Below the pieces are notes generated by a model, which saw only the letters and a program-made list of their open reading frames with translations, did no database searches and was not told the DNA's origin. Below, piece after piece: positions 1-9,513 of a stretch of DNA of 64,000 nt. This DNA is from a virus. The stretch spans positions 37,218 to 101,217 of the IMG/VR virus record IMGVR_UViG_3300029787_000003; one strand, 5' to 3'. Numbering within the stretch: the stretch's first letter is position 1; every line of letters begins with the position of its first letter. A program made the translations under genes and the position numbers.

Positions 1-1
1 C

Positions 2-64
2 TGTAAGTACCGCAGAAAAGGTATTAAACGATTATGATGAAATCTTTGAGGACGACGACGGATG
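2..64 (+). CDS. 3' end of a gene truncated by the window edge (...KVLNDYDEIFEDDDG*)
   Basis: Open frame from base 2 to TGA 62-64, which overlaps the next ATG. Confidence 0.4.
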
Positions 65-223
65 AAAAGACAAAAACATCTTATAAAGAATTTAAAAAAT
101 GCAATACAACAAGACTATTTGTATAATGCTAATGAATTAGCATATATGAAAAAGCAACTTGTAATGCTTGAAGAAATGAATGTCGTTAAGAAAAAAGAAA
201 AACCCGAAGGATTTGGTAAATGA
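62..223 (+). CDS. Small hypothetical protein, 53 aa (MKRQKHLIKN...PEGFGK)
   Basis: Translated by hand; ATGA overlaps with the upstream gene and with thyX. Confidence 0.6.
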   Translation: MKRQKHLIKNLKNAIQQDYLYNANELAYMKKQLVMLEEMNVVKKKEKPEGFGK

Positions 224-852
224 ACGTAAAACTTGTAAGTATCACTCCTGATGCGGAGCAAATGATGGCTTATATCGCCAGAGTGAGTAATCCCTCAAAT
301 CAGGATAATGAGAACTATTCTGGATTATTAAAATATTGTATTAAGCATAATCATTGGAGTGTATTTGAACAATCCTCGATGAGCTTGGAGATCGAGACAA
401 GCCGAGCTATTGCTGCTCAAATTTTGAGACATAGGAGCTTTACGTTCCAAGAGTTCTCACAGAGATATGCATCAAGCACCGCATTAGGCGATTTTGACCT
501 ACCAGAACTCAGAAAACAAGACAAGAAGAATCGTCAAAATTCTACAAATGACTTGGAACCCGAATTAATAGACAAATTTGAGAAACAGATGATAACCCTG
601 TTTAGTTCCTCAAAGGCACTTTATGAGCAAATGCTGAGTCAGGGTGTTGCGAAGGAATGTGCAAGAATGGTGTTACCTCTATGTACTCCTACCAGAATCT
701 ATATGACTGGAAGTTGTCGTTCATGGATTCACTATATTAACCTGAGATCTGCACACGGTACTCAAAAAGAGCACATGCAGATTGCAGAGAAATGTAGAAA
801 GATCTTTATAGAGCAATTCCCGAACGTATCAGAAGCCCTAGAATGGGTCTAA
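220..852 (+). CDS. thyX: Flavin-dependent thymidylate synthase
   Basis: ThyX motif RHRSFTFQEFSQRY, HWSVFE, ARMVLP. Confidence 0.95.
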   Translation: MNVKLVSITPDAEQMMAYIARVSNPSNQDNENYSGLLKYCIKHNHWSVFEQSSMSLEIETSRAIAAQILRHRSFTFQEFSQRYASSTALGDFDLPELRKQDKKNRQNSTNDLEPELIDKFEKQMITLFSSSKALYEQMLSQGVAKECARMVLPLCTPTRIYMTGSCRSWIHYINLRSAHGTQKEHMQIAEKCRKIFIEQFPNVSEALEWV

Positions 853-855
853 ATA
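850..855 (+). promoter_or_regulatory. T4-type late promoter core TAAATA
   Basis: TAAATA 20 nt upstream of the ATG at 876. Confidence 0.45.
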
Positions 856-875
856 AATTTACCCGATAAAATATT

Positions 876-1124
876 ATGGCTACATATCCTGTTGTAAATA
901 CAAAAAATGGAGATAAGAAAGAAGTCTCAATGAGTGTACATGATTGGGATCAGTGGTGTGCTGATAACCCTGAGTGGAGTAGAGATTACTCTGATCCATC
1001 TACATGTCCGATGGCTGCAGAAGTGGGAGAATGGAGAGATAAACTACGTAAATCAAAGCCTGGCTGGAACGAAGTTCTGCAGAAAGCATCCAAAGCACCA
1101 GGTGCCCGTAATTTGAAACTATAA
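876..1124 (+). CDS. Conserved cyanophage hypothetical protein, 82 aa
   Basis: MATYPV...WDQW...GEWRDKL; usual position between thyX and phoH. Confidence 0.75.
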   Translation: MATYPVVNTKNGDKKEVSMSVHDWDQWCADNPEWSRDYSDPSTCPMAAEVGEWRDKLRKSKPGWNEVLQKASKAPGARNLKL

Positions 1125-1125
1125 A

Positions 1126-1884
1126 ATGGCCCGTAAAAGAAAAACCTCTGGGGATCAACCTATTGGTGTGGGAATGACTGGTAAACAGATGAAGAGGAAA
1201 AAACCTCTGAGTGCTGATTATTTGATTGATATCCAACCTCTTACTGATAATCAAAAAAGACTATTTGATTCCTATAAAGAAGGAAAACAAATCGTTGCCT
1301 ATGGAGCAGCAGGGACAGGAAAAACTTTCGTTACCCTCTTCAATGCTCTAAAGGACGTTTTAAACCAGAAAACTCCATACGAAAGAATCTATATTGTAAG
1401 ATCATTAGTCTCTACAAGAGAGATTGGATTTTTACCTGGTGATTATGAAGATAAATCAGACATCTACCAAGTGCCTTATAAGCACATGGTAAAGTATATG
1501 TTCGAAATGAACTCTGATGCTGATTTTGAAATGCTTTATGGGAATCTAAAAGCACAGGATACAATTAAATTCTGGAGTACCTCGTTTTTAAGAGGAACTA
1601 CACTCGATAATGCGATTGTGATTGTTGATGAATTTCAGAACCTCAATTTCCATGAACTTGATAGTATTATTACCAGAATAGGAGAAAATAGTAAGATATG
1701 CTTCTGTGGAGATGCTAGACAATCTGATTTACTTAAAACTAATGAGAGAAACGGTATAGTGGACTTTATGAACATCTTGCGTAAAATGAATTCTTTTGAT
1801 ATAATAGAATTTGGAATTGATGATATCATTCGTTCTGGACTCGTGAAGGAGTATATTATTGCTAAACTTGAAATGGGTATGTAA
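1126..1884 (+). CDS. phoH: PhoH-family P-loop ATPase
   Basis: Walker A GAAGTGKT, IGFLPG, RGTTLDNAIVIVDEFQN, GDARQSD. Confidence 0.95.
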   Translation: MARKRKTSGDQPIGVGMTGKQMKRKKPLSADYLIDIQPLTDNQKRLFDSYKEGKQIVAYGAAGTGKTFVTLFNALKDVLNQKTPYERIYIVRSLVSTREIGFLPGDYEDKSDIYQVPYKHMVKYMFEMNSDADFEMLYGNLKAQDTIKFWSTSFLRGTTLDNAIVIVDEFQNLNFHELDSIITRIGENSKICFCGDARQSDLLKTNERNGIVDFMNILRKMNSFDIIEFGIDDIIRSGLVKEYIIAKLEMGM

Positions 1885-2567
1885 TGTTTAAACATGTTGA
1901 TTTGAGTCTTCCTAAACTTACTAGGGAGACTATTGATGGAGTTCGTTATTACTCAGTACCAGACGAAGAAGAGTTACTTAAACTTGTTTCAATTACTTCC
2001 GTCACTAGCCACTTTAATAAAGACATCTTTGTTAATTGGAGAAAGAAGGTAGGTAATGAAGAGGCAGATCGTATCACGAAAGCGGCCACAACCCGTGGAA
2101 CTGGTATGCACACTCTTACGGAACATTATTTAAGTAATGATGAAGTACTTCCAGAGGTTCCTCCTATGTCTGATTTTTTATTTAAAATCTCAAAGGGGGA
2201 ACTTAACAAAATAGATAATATTTACTCTCTTGAGGGTGCCCTATATAGTAAGCAACTTGGTATCGCTGGAACTGTTGATTGTATTGCAGAATATGATGGA
2301 GAGTTATCAATAATAGATTTTAAAACGTCTAAAAAACCAAAGCCTAAAAAATGGATAGAACATTATTTTGTCCAAGCGATGGCATACGGTTGTATGTTGT
2401 ATGAATTGAAAAATATATCAATTAAAAAATTAGTCATTATTATGGCTTGTGAAAATGGAGAATGTGTAGTTTATGAAGAGTACAACAAAGCAAAGTACAT
2501 CAAACTTCTCGACAAATATATTAGAAAGTTTGTTGGAGATAAATTGGAAATCTATGGAACCGAATAA
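1884..2567 (+). CDS. PD-(D/E)xK exonuclease (cyanophage exonuclease)
   Basis: SITSV, RGTGMH, AGTVDCIA, IIDFKTS, QAMAY motifs; adjacent to phoH. Confidence 0.85.
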   Translation: MFKHVDLSLPKLTRETIDGVRYYSVPDEEELLKLVSITSVTSHFNKDIFVNWRKKVGNEEADRITKAATTRGTGMHTLTEHYLSNDEVLPEVPPMSDFLFKISKGELNKIDNIYSLEGALYSKQLGIAGTVDCIAEYDGELSIIDFKTSKKPKPKKWIEHYFVQAMAYGCMLYELKNISIKKLVIIMACENGECVVYEEYNKAKYIKLLDKYIRKFVGDKLEIYGTE

Positions 2568-2814
2568 AGAACTTGAGCAAGTAATGGAGAAGAAGTTTCT
2601 TACTCCTGCTAAATTTGCAATGGAAATTGAGTCAATAGTATCTAAAGAAGATATGAATTATATTGATGCAATATGTTACTATTGTGAAATCAATGGACTT
2701 GAGATAGAATCAGTAACAAAGTTAGTTTCTAAACCACTCAAAGAGAAATTGAAGTGGGATGCACAGGAACTCAATTTTATGAAAAAGACATCAAGAGCAA
2801 AATTGCCTTTATAA
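2554..2814 (+). CDS. gp33: Late-promoter transcription coactivator gp33
   Basis: YIDAICYYCE, LKEKLKWDAQELNF; ATG at 2554 preferred over the track start 2473. Confidence 0.85.
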   Translation: MEPNKELEQVMEKKFLTPAKFAMEIESIVSKEDMNYIDAICYYCEINGLEIESVTKLVSKPLKEKLKWDAQELNFMKKTSRAKLPL

Positions 2815-3011
2815 TGCCTACTAAATCTGAATTAACACATTATCGTCTTCAAGCAATGCTTAGGGAACATAGTTTCCCTGACCTTGAATATATTGGAGAA
2901 CGCAAGAGTTGGAAATCAGGAGAACTTGAACATTGGTATCGTATAGGAAAGGCAGAAGTTCCTGTAGATGCTATTACAGAATTGGATATGGAAAAGGATG
3001 AAACAGATTGA
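2814..3011 (+). CDS. Hypothetical protein, 65 aa (MPTKSELTHYRLQA...)
   Basis: ATG overlaps the gp33 stop; same frame as the track ORF 2754. Confidence 0.6.
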   Translation: MPTKSELTHYRLQAMLREHSFPDLEYIGERKSWKSGELEHWYRIGKAEVPVDAITELDMEKDETD

Positions 3012-3624
3012 AGTATTGCCTCAGACCATATATCAGTTTGAAGCAGATCCAAGGATCACAGAAACAGCATTAGAATTACTTAAAAAAGAAGAATTAATTC
3101 AACAGGGAAATGCTGAGGGTTATGAAGTTTCTGGAATGACTGAAGATGCTCGTCTTAATCTTAGGCCTGAATATGCAGATATCATGGATTGGATTCATGA
3201 GTGTTTAGATGAAGTAAGATTAATAAAGAATTTGCAATGTGAACGTCTACAAATTACTCAGTCTTGGGGTGTTACTACCACATATAATACACACCAATAT
3301 AAGCATTATCACACCAACTCTTATATCAGTGGTGTTTTTTATTTGACAAATTCACCTACAGGAACTACACTATATCATAATAGTATATGGGAACAGGAGA
3401 ATCCTCCATTGATGACTGTTAGACATCTTGCAGAGTCTCGTGATCTTACCCATAAAGTACGTGCAAAAGCAGGTACTTTAGTTTTATTTCCTTCTGCCTT
3501 AGAGCATGAAGTAAGACCAAGTAAAGATTTTGGTGATAGATACACTCTAGTCATTAATGCCTTTCCTTCTGGTAAAATAGGAAATTTTAGAATGTTCAAT
3601 GGAATAGAAATTGAGATTAAATGA
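2998..3624 (+). CDS. Putative 2OG-Fe(II) oxygenase (TIGR02466-like)
   Basis: HYHTNSYISGVFYL and LFPSALEHEV motifs. Confidence 0.7.
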   Translation: MKQIEVLPQTIYQFEADPRITETALELLKKEELIQQGNAEGYEVSGMTEDARLNLRPEYADIMDWIHECLDEVRLIKNLQCERLQITQSWGVTTTYNTHQYKHYHTNSYISGVFYLTNSPTGTTLYHNSIWEQENPPLMTVRHLAESRDLTHKVRAKAGTLVLFPSALEHEVRPSKDFGDRYTLVINAFPSGKIGNFRMFNGIEIEIK

Positions 3625-4217
3625 AAGTGACTCCATTTGAAACCTATCAAACTTATCTCTCTATGAAAAGTCATTTTACTAACCCCAAGTATGACTTTAT
3701 AAAATATGGTGGTAAGTCAAGGGCTACAATGTCTGCCTTTAACAAAAGGAAAGACAAATACTGGTTTGAAAAGACATCCAGAAAATACTCTGACGAAGAA
3801 ATCGTAAACTTTTTATTAGCAAACTTTGTAACAACCGATAACCCACAAAACTTATGGATTGGAGAAATTATAAATTCTGGAGAAAGAACATACGCAGACT
3901 GGAAAAGACGCAAACAGAGTTTGACGTACTTATTCAAAGAACAAACAGAGAAATTGGTTTGCGAAAACAACTTAGAAGAAGTATTCGATTGCTCGAAGGG
4001 ACACCCATTAGTCCTAAAAAGATATCTGGGTGGAGAGATCTCGCTAGAAACGCTTACAATACTGGAAAAGGTCTTTTCTTTCGCAAAAAACTTTGATAAG
4101 AAACTAAAAGATCCTGTGTGGGAATCCGTCAGTTTAAAGATAAAAAAGTACATTCCTTTTATAAATATTAATGTATTCCATTATAAAAACGTATTAAGAG
4201 ATATTATCAATGAGTGA
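3621..4217 (+). CDS. gp59: Helicase loader gp59
   Basis: YQTYLSMKSHFT, YDFIKYGGKSR, FNKRKDKYWF; position near gp33 and gp32. Confidence 0.85.
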   Translation: MKVTPFETYQTYLSMKSHFTNPKYDFIKYGGKSRATMSAFNKRKDKYWFEKTSRKYSDEEIVNFLLANFVTTDNPQNLWIGEIINSGERTYADWKRRKQSLTYLFKEQTEKLVCENNLEEVFDCSKGHPLVLKRYLGGEISLETLTILEKVFSFAKNFDKKLKDPVWESVSLKIKKYIPFININVFHYKNVLRDIINE

Positions 4218-4542
4218 ATTTTTCCAATCAGAAATGGTTCGTGAAGAACTAAAAGTTATCAACGAACTTCAACAAGATGTTTATGGTTCACTCATGAATT
4301 TCAACATAATGCCTCATGACGAAAAACTGGAACACATTGAAAAATTAAGTTCTTTACTTGAAAAGCAAAAGGTCATGTACACAAGATTATCCTTGTCTGA
4401 TGATCCAGAAGCAGATGATATGAAAAAGAATTTAGAGAAATCACTTACCGTGTTGGGTTTCCCAGAAGGTACTGATATGATCACACTTTTTAATGGAATG
4501 GCTAAGACCATTCAACAAATGAAAGACCATCTTGACAATTAA
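4210..4542 (+). CDS. Conserved hypothetical protein (DUF1825-like)
   Basis: FFQSEMVREEL, KQKVMYTRLSLSDDPEA. Confidence 0.65.
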   Translation: MSEFFQSEMVREELKVINELQQDVYGSLMNFNIMPHDEKLEHIEKLSSLLEKQKVMYTRLSLSDDPEADDMKKNLEKSLTVLGFPEGTDMITLFNGMAKTIQQMKDHLDN

Positions 4543-4560
4543 GTCAATGTATGGTATAAT
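4532..4560 (+). promoter_or_regulatory. Consensus sigma70 promoter for gp32
   Basis: TTGACA-17 nt-TATAAT. Confidence 0.85.
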
Positions 4561-4599
4561 ACAAACATCCAATTAATCCAATTAATCCGAGGTATCCTA

Positions 4600-5517
4600 A
4601 TGTCTTTCGCAGACTTAAAAAAACAATCTAAACTTGGTTCACTGACTGCAAAGTTAGTTAAAGAAGTTGAGAAAATGAATAACAACGGTGCATCAGGCGA
4701 TGACCGTATGTGGAAATTAGACGTAGATAAATCAGGTAACGGTTATGCTGTTATTAGATTTCTACCTGCACCAAATGGTGAAGATCTTCCATTCGTAAAA
4801 CTATACTCTCATGCCTTTCAAGGGCCTGGCGGTTGGTATATCGAAAATAGTTTGACTACTCTTGGTCAAAAAGATCCTGTTTCTGAGTACAATACCCAAC
4901 TCTGGAACAATGGTACAGACGCAGGTAAAGATACTGCACGTAAACAGAAACGTAAACTCACTTACATTAGTAACATCTATGTTGTGAAGGATCCTGCTAA
5001 TCCTGAGAATGAAGGTAAGACTTTCTTATACAAATATGGTAAGAAAATCTTTGATAAACTCACTGCAGCAATGCAACCTGAGTTCGAAGATGAAGAAGCA
5101 ATTGATCCATTTGATTTCTGGCAAGGTGCTAACTTCAAGTTGAAGGCTAAAAACGTTGCAGGTTACAGAAACTATGATTCTTCCGAGTTCGCTGCTCAAA
5201 GTCCATTATTAGACGATGATGAAGCAATGGAAGGGTTGTGGAAGAAGCAAGCATCACTTCAAGAATTTGTAGGTGCTGACCAGTTCAAATCATATGAAGA
5301 TTTGAAGAAACGTCTAGGTTACGTATTAGGTAACAAGACTTCTGCACGTCCTGCATTTGATGATGAATTAGAAGACTTAAGTGAAGGCCTAAACAAGGCA
5401 GAACAAGTTGTTGCTGACGCAGTTAAAGCAACTCCCACACCAGTAAGTGTTGGAGTTCCTGATGAAGAAGCGGAGGATGATACACTATCATACTTTGCGA
5501 AACTCGCATCAGAATAA
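4600..5517 (+). CDS. gp32: Single-stranded DNA-binding protein gp32
   Basis: AVIRFLPA, HAFQGPGGWYIENS, YKYGKKIFDK, NYDSSEF, acidic tail. Confidence 0.97.
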   Translation: MSFADLKKQSKLGSLTAKLVKEVEKMNNNGASGDDRMWKLDVDKSGNGYAVIRFLPAPNGEDLPFVKLYSHAFQGPGGWYIENSLTTLGQKDPVSEYNTQLWNNGTDAGKDTARKQKRKLTYISNIYVVKDPANPENEGKTFLYKYGKKIFDKLTAAMQPEFEDEEAIDPFDFWQGANFKLKAKNVAGYRNYDSSEFAAQSPLLDDDEAMEGLWKKQASLQEFVGADQFKSYEDLKKRLGYVLGNKTSARPAFDDELEDLSEGLNKAEQVVADAVKATPTPVSVGVPDEEAEDDTLSYFAKLASE

Positions 5518-5525
5518 ACAATAAG

Positions 5526-5551
5526 AAAGGGGTCGTGAGACCCCTTTTTTT
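5526..5551. terminator. Rho-independent terminator, probably bidirectional, between convergent gp32 and gp53
   Basis: AAAGGGGTC-GTGA-GACCCCTTT followed by a T run. Confidence 0.85.
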
Positions 5552-6209
5552 ATGCTGTTGTAATTCTAGTATTTTCTGTCTTACTTAATTTATCACCTAA
5601 TCGTTGAGAAGATTTTTGAATTATCATTATATCTCTCATATCATTAACAAATTGATTAAGATAACGTTTTTTGAGAATATTTATAGAACTCTTATCAATA
5701 TTTTTCTTTAGTTCATATTCAAAATTAGTAAGTCCTGTGATCGTATCTACAGAAAGTGGTGTTATGTATTGATTATTATAATAATAAGTAACTGAAAAAT
5801 TACCATCAACTCTTTGACCTTCAGGAAGAATCATTCTCCCATCCCCATCTACAATTTCCTTTGTCTCATAGTGACGAACAGCATTTATATTTGCACCATA
5901 CTTATCTGTACAGAAATTAAATAATTCTTGATTAGTTAGAGGCCAATCATCTCTAACATTTAAAATTCCTGCAGTTAATAAAACAACCCAGTCGAATTTA
6001 TCATCGCCATATAATTCTTCTGCAATAGTATCAGGTCTAGCACCCTCTCGAATTTCATACTTATCAAAGACAGTAAATAAACCCTCTAAATCATCACGTA
6101 CTTTATTTCTTCTAAAAAGGTTTTTAACTACAACGTAACTTTGTGATGAAAGACTATCAGATAAAAAATTCTGATATGCTACATCTGGTAACTCTCTAAA
6201 ATATCCCAT
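5550..6209 (-). CDS. gp53: Baseplate wedge subunit gp53
   Basis: MGYFRELP, RPDTIAEELYG, DWVVLL, DWPL. Confidence 0.85.
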   Translation of the reverse strand: MGYFRELPDVAYQNFLSDSLSSQSYVVVKNLFRRNKVRDDLEGLFTVFDKYEIREGARPDTIAEELYGDDKFDWVVLLTAGILNVRDDWPLTNQELFNFCTDKYGANINAVRHYETKEIVDGDGRMILPEGQRVDGNFSVTYYYNNQYITPLSVDTITGLTNFEYELKKNIDKSSINILKKRYLNQFVNDMRDIMIIQKSSQRLGDKLSKTENTRITTA

Positions 6210-7147
6210 TAGAATCCAACTCCGTCTGAACTATCACCGTATGCTCCATAATCTTCATTGTAAACTGGGGTAAGTTCTTTAAAAGTTAAACCCATAGTCA
6301 TAGCAACTGGTGAACCATCATTATATGTTGCCCAAGTTCCATCTGCAGTAAAATTAATATTACAAGATTGTAATGCACATAATTTAATTCTATTCAAATA
6401 ATCTTGTGCTTTTCCAAGATATTGAATTTCAAAAACTTTTGGTGTTTTTATCATAGCAGCACCAGAACCTTCTGGAGCCATATTTCTTTTAAATGCCTTA
6501 ATTATAGTTCTTACAGTCTCTGCTTCTTTTTGAAATCTTGGTGTGAATTTAAAAGTGAAACTGAAAGTTCTAAGAGTTGGCCCTTTAAATAACAATTCCA
6601 TATTTGGATTTATTACTTGACCTGAACCTCTTGCTGTTAGATCATCAACACTAATATTACCTCCAACAGAATTAACAGCCTGTGCTGCAAAATAATTTTT
6701 AACTAAAGGACTATCTTTAAGACCATTAACCATATTTGTTATTGACTTACCAGCTTCTTCTGTATTTCCACCTATCAAACCACCAGCAGCATCAACACCA
6801 GCTGCTTGCAGAAAATTCATATTACCTTGACCCCAGTTAGCACTGTTACTATCTTGTAGTTGTGCGGGTATTGGTAAAATAATATTACCTAGTAAATCTG
6901 ATTTTAATGAATTACTATCTTTTGTTACAACACCTGCTCGTTTATATTTGAAAATAGTAAATTTTAGAAAATCTTGAGTATTATCTATTGTGCTATATGG
7001 ATACCTCAAACCTGTAGGCAATTTCTCTGGTGCTGCTGGCTTTGGCTTAGCAGTAATCAGTGACTCATATTCTTTTATAGATTTATTATTTGACGTTACA
7101 GTACTTTTGGGTGCACCCAATTCGTCTGTTTGTCCTGCAGGTAACAT
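6209..7147 (-). CDS. gp48: Baseplate tail-tube cap gp48
   Basis: NPNMELLFKGPTLRTFSFTFKFTPR, FKELTP. Confidence 0.85.
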   Translation of the reverse strand: MLPAGQTDELGAPKSTVTSNNKSIKEYESLITAKPKPAAPEKLPTGLRYPYSTIDNTQDFLKFTIFKYKRAGVVTKDSNSLKSDLLGNIILPIPAQLQDSNSANWGQGNMNFLQAAGVDAAGGLIGGNTEEAGKSITNMVNGLKDSPLVKNYFAAQAVNSVGGNISVDDLTARGSGQVINPNMELLFKGPTLRTFSFTFKFTPRFQKEAETVRTIIKAFKRNMAPEGSGAAMIKTPKVFEIQYLGKAQDYLNRIKLCALQSCNINFTADGTWATYNDGSPVAMTMGLTFKELTPVYNEDYGAYGDSSDGVGF

Positions 7148-7161
7148 TATTAGCTCTTTTT

Positions 7162-7635
7162 TTATCTATTTATACGGATATTCTGAAAAGGTATCTCTCT
7201 TGCGTCTGGAAGTTCCTCAGCAGTGATTAAATATAGTCCACCAGCGATCTCATCCCATGTATATTGTCTCATTTGACCCCAATGATAGTTCAATCCTTTA
7301 AATCCCCAACTAAACACATTTGATACTGCAACTAAAGGGTTTTGATCATATTGAATATTCGGTGTTTTAGGTTGATATACAAAACAATAGTAATTTCCTG
7401 CTGTTGGTACTTTACCACCTTCACGTAATGCATTCATTACTTCTAACATCAAATCATCTCCACTTTCAGTACCAGTTACACTATCCATAACACCACGAAG
7501 TCTATTTAATTTAGCATTGGTAGGTCTTCTTTCTATTTGATTTGCAGGAACAGGTAAACCCGTATATTGGCCAGGTTTAGTGGGACTCCTAGCATCAATC
7601 TCTGCTTTTATCTCTTCATAACTTTGTTTAGACAT
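7162..7635 (-). CDS. DNA end-protector gp2-like protein
   Basis: YCFVYQPKTP, YDQNPLV, GFKGLNYHW; sits between gp4 and gp48. Confidence 0.6.
   Translation of the reverse strand: MSKQSYEEIKAEIDARSPTKPGQYTGLPVPANQIERRPTNAKLNRLRGVMDSVTGTESGDDLMLEVMNALREGGKVPTAGNYYCFVYQPKTPNIQYDQNPLVAVSNVFSWGFKGLNYHWGQMRQYTWDEIAGGLYLITAEELPDAREIPFQNIRINR
7167..7174 (-). promoter_or_regulatory. T4 late promoter TATAAATA for gp48
   Basis: Exact TATAAATA on the minus strand, 20 nt upstream of the gp48 start. Confidence 0.65.
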
Positions 7636-8072
7636 TACTTGATACCTAATTCGTCCTCTGTTAATACTTTAAATTCCCACATACGGTCAGCACAATAATC
7701 TCTTGCTGCCTTCCATTTTGCTTGATTTCTAGCATATTCATAAACTTCGTAGATATACCCTTTTGTCTTCTTTTTTTGAGGTTTGGGTTCTACGCATTGT
7801 TTTTTTGGTTTTACCTCAATCAAATATTTTTTAATATGACCCTTTGATTCTTTGACTTTAATATAAAAATCTGGAAAGTATCTATGGATCCTATTATCAA
7901 GAGGAGATCTGTAAGGAAGGAATATTTCTTCACTTCCCCATTCTAAAATATTTTCGTTTTTATCGCAGTAAACCATGAATTTACGTTCCCATAAAGAACG
8001 GTAAATTATGTTTCGAAAGTTACCTTTATACTTTAATGGGTTACTTGGTTGATATCTTCCTTTGTAAGACAC
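7635..8072 (-). CDS. gp4: Head completion nuclease gp4
   Basis: YRSLWERKFM, WGSEE, HRYFPDF, LIEVKP, NQAKW. Confidence 0.92.
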   Translation of the reverse strand: MSYKGRYQPSNPLKYKGNFRNIIYRSLWERKFMVYCDKNENILEWGSEEIFLPYRSPLDNRIHRYFPDFYIKVKESKGHIKKYLIEVKPKKQCVEPKPQKKKTKGYIYEVYEYARNQAKWKAARDYCADRMWEFKVLTEDELGIK

Positions 8073-8104
8073 TAAATAGAAATATAATAATATAAGTATA
8101 TTTA
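8073..8104. promoter_or_regulatory. Pair of overlapping late promoters serving divergent gp54 (+) and gp4 (-)
   Basis: TAAATA at 8073-8078 (+) and at 8104-8099 (-) within a 34-nt intergenic gap. Confidence 0.55.
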
Positions 8105-8106
8105 GA

Positions 8107-8745
8107 GTGGCAGGACTTATTTCAAAATATAAAATGGGTACTCTTACCAGATTAGATCTTGGTAAGGTATCTTTGAATAACCAATATCAAGTACATATCG
8201 CAGGTATATCATTTGAATTAAAAAGATATCTTCAGCAATATTATGATATACCTAATGATTATGCAAATGGTAATAAGGTTGGTATAATGTGTGCTGAAGC
8301 TACATTACCTACTAGCTCATTTGCTACATCAGAAGTTAAAGATAATTATCATGGAATCAATCAACAGTTTGCACATACAAGAATATATGTTGATAGTGAT
8401 TTCTCATTTTACGTAGATTCGGATTATAATGTTCTTAAATTTTTTGAAGGATGGATGGATTATGTTGCAGGTGATGATAATTTTAGAGGTATCACCCGTA
8501 CTGATGATGCAAACTATTATAGAAGATTAAACTATCCTATGAACAGAGATACTAAGATAGGATATAAGTCTGGATCATTAACTATTACAAAATTTGAAAA
8601 GAATTTAGATCCAAAGAAAAGTATTACTTATGAATATGTAAATGCTTTTCCAAAGTCAATGACTTCAATACCTGTTCAATATGGTGGGGCTGATCTTGTA
8701 AAAGTAAATGTTCAGTTTGCATACGATAGATACAGGATGAAATAA
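8107..8745 (+). CDS. gp54: Baseplate tail-tube initiator gp54-like
   Basis: CAEATLP, FFEGWMDY, YEYVNAFP, VNVQFAY (tube-protein fold). Confidence 0.7.
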   Translation: MAGLISKYKMGTLTRLDLGKVSLNNQYQVHIAGISFELKRYLQQYYDIPNDYANGNKVGIMCAEATLPTSSFATSEVKDNYHGINQQFAHTRIYVDSDFSFYVDSDYNVLKFFEGWMDYVAGDDNFRGITRTDDANYYRRLNYPMNRDTKIGYKSGSLTITKFEKNLDPKKSITYEYVNAFPKSMTSIPVQYGGADLVKVNVQFAYDRYRMK

Positions 8746-8790
8746 AAAGTTTGTAAAACCCGTATATATAATATACTGAAATTATAAATT

Positions 8791-9513
8791 ATGCCTTTAC
8801 CAAAAATTAATACCCCCGTCTATGAATTGGTATTGCCTTCTAGTGGAAGAAAAGTAAAATATAGACCATTCTTAGTTAGAGAAGAAAAAATTCTAATTAT
8901 GGCTTTAGAATCTGAAGATCAAAAACAGATTTCTAATGCAATTAAAACAGTAATCTCACAGTGTGTTCAAACAAGAGGTATCAAAGTCGATAAAATGGCG
9001 ACTTTTGATATTGAGTATCTATTTCTCAATGTTCGTGCAAAATCTGTTGGAGAGCAAGTTGAGGTTAATGTAACCTGCCCTGATGATGGTCAAACAATGG
9101 TTCAGATGGAAATCGACATTGATTCTATTAAAGTTGAAAAAAATCCAGACCATAGTGATATTATTAAATTAGATAAAGATCTATCAGTTAAAATGAATTA
9201 TCCATCTATGACTCAATTTATTGAGACTAATTTTGAAGTGGATACTGATAAACCTCAAGTAGATCAATCTCTTGATGTTATTATGCAATGTATTGATCAA
9301 GTATACAATGCAGAAGAATCTTGGGATGCAACTGATTGTACTAAAAAAGAATTGAGAGAATTTGTTGAGTCTATGAACTCTAAACAATTTAAGGATATTG
9401 AAAAGTTTTTTGAGACAATGCCTAAATTACAACATAAAATTAAGGTAATGAATCCAAATACTAAAGTTGAAAGTGAAGTGATGTTGGAGGGTCTAGCAAG
9501 TTTTTTCGCTTAG
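8791..9513 (+). CDS. gp26: Baseplate hub subunit / tail assembly chaperone gp26
   Basis: MPLPKI, YRPFLVREEKIL, FDIEYLFL..RAKSVGE, GLASFF end. Confidence 0.92.
   Translation: MPLPKINTPVYELVLPSSGRKVKYRPFLVREEKILIMALESEDQKQISNAIKTVISQCVQTRGIKVDKMATFDIEYLFLNVRAKSVGEQVEVNVTCPDDGQTMVQMEIDIDSIKVEKNPDHSDIIKLDKDLSVKMNYPSMTQFIETNFEVDTDKPQVDQSLDVIMQCIDQVYNAEESWDATDCTKKELREFVESMNSKQFKDIEKFFETMPKLQHKIKVMNPNTKVESEVMLEGLASFFA

Noticed and set aside
1884-2567. Exonuclease as Cas4
   Set aside because: Lacks the four-Cys Fe-S cluster pattern; standard phoH-adjacent cyanophage exonuclease
220-5517. Introns, inteins or homing endonucleases in thyX or the replication genes
   Set aside because: ORFs are of normal length and uninterrupted; no HNH, GIY-YIG or LAGLIDADG motif recognised
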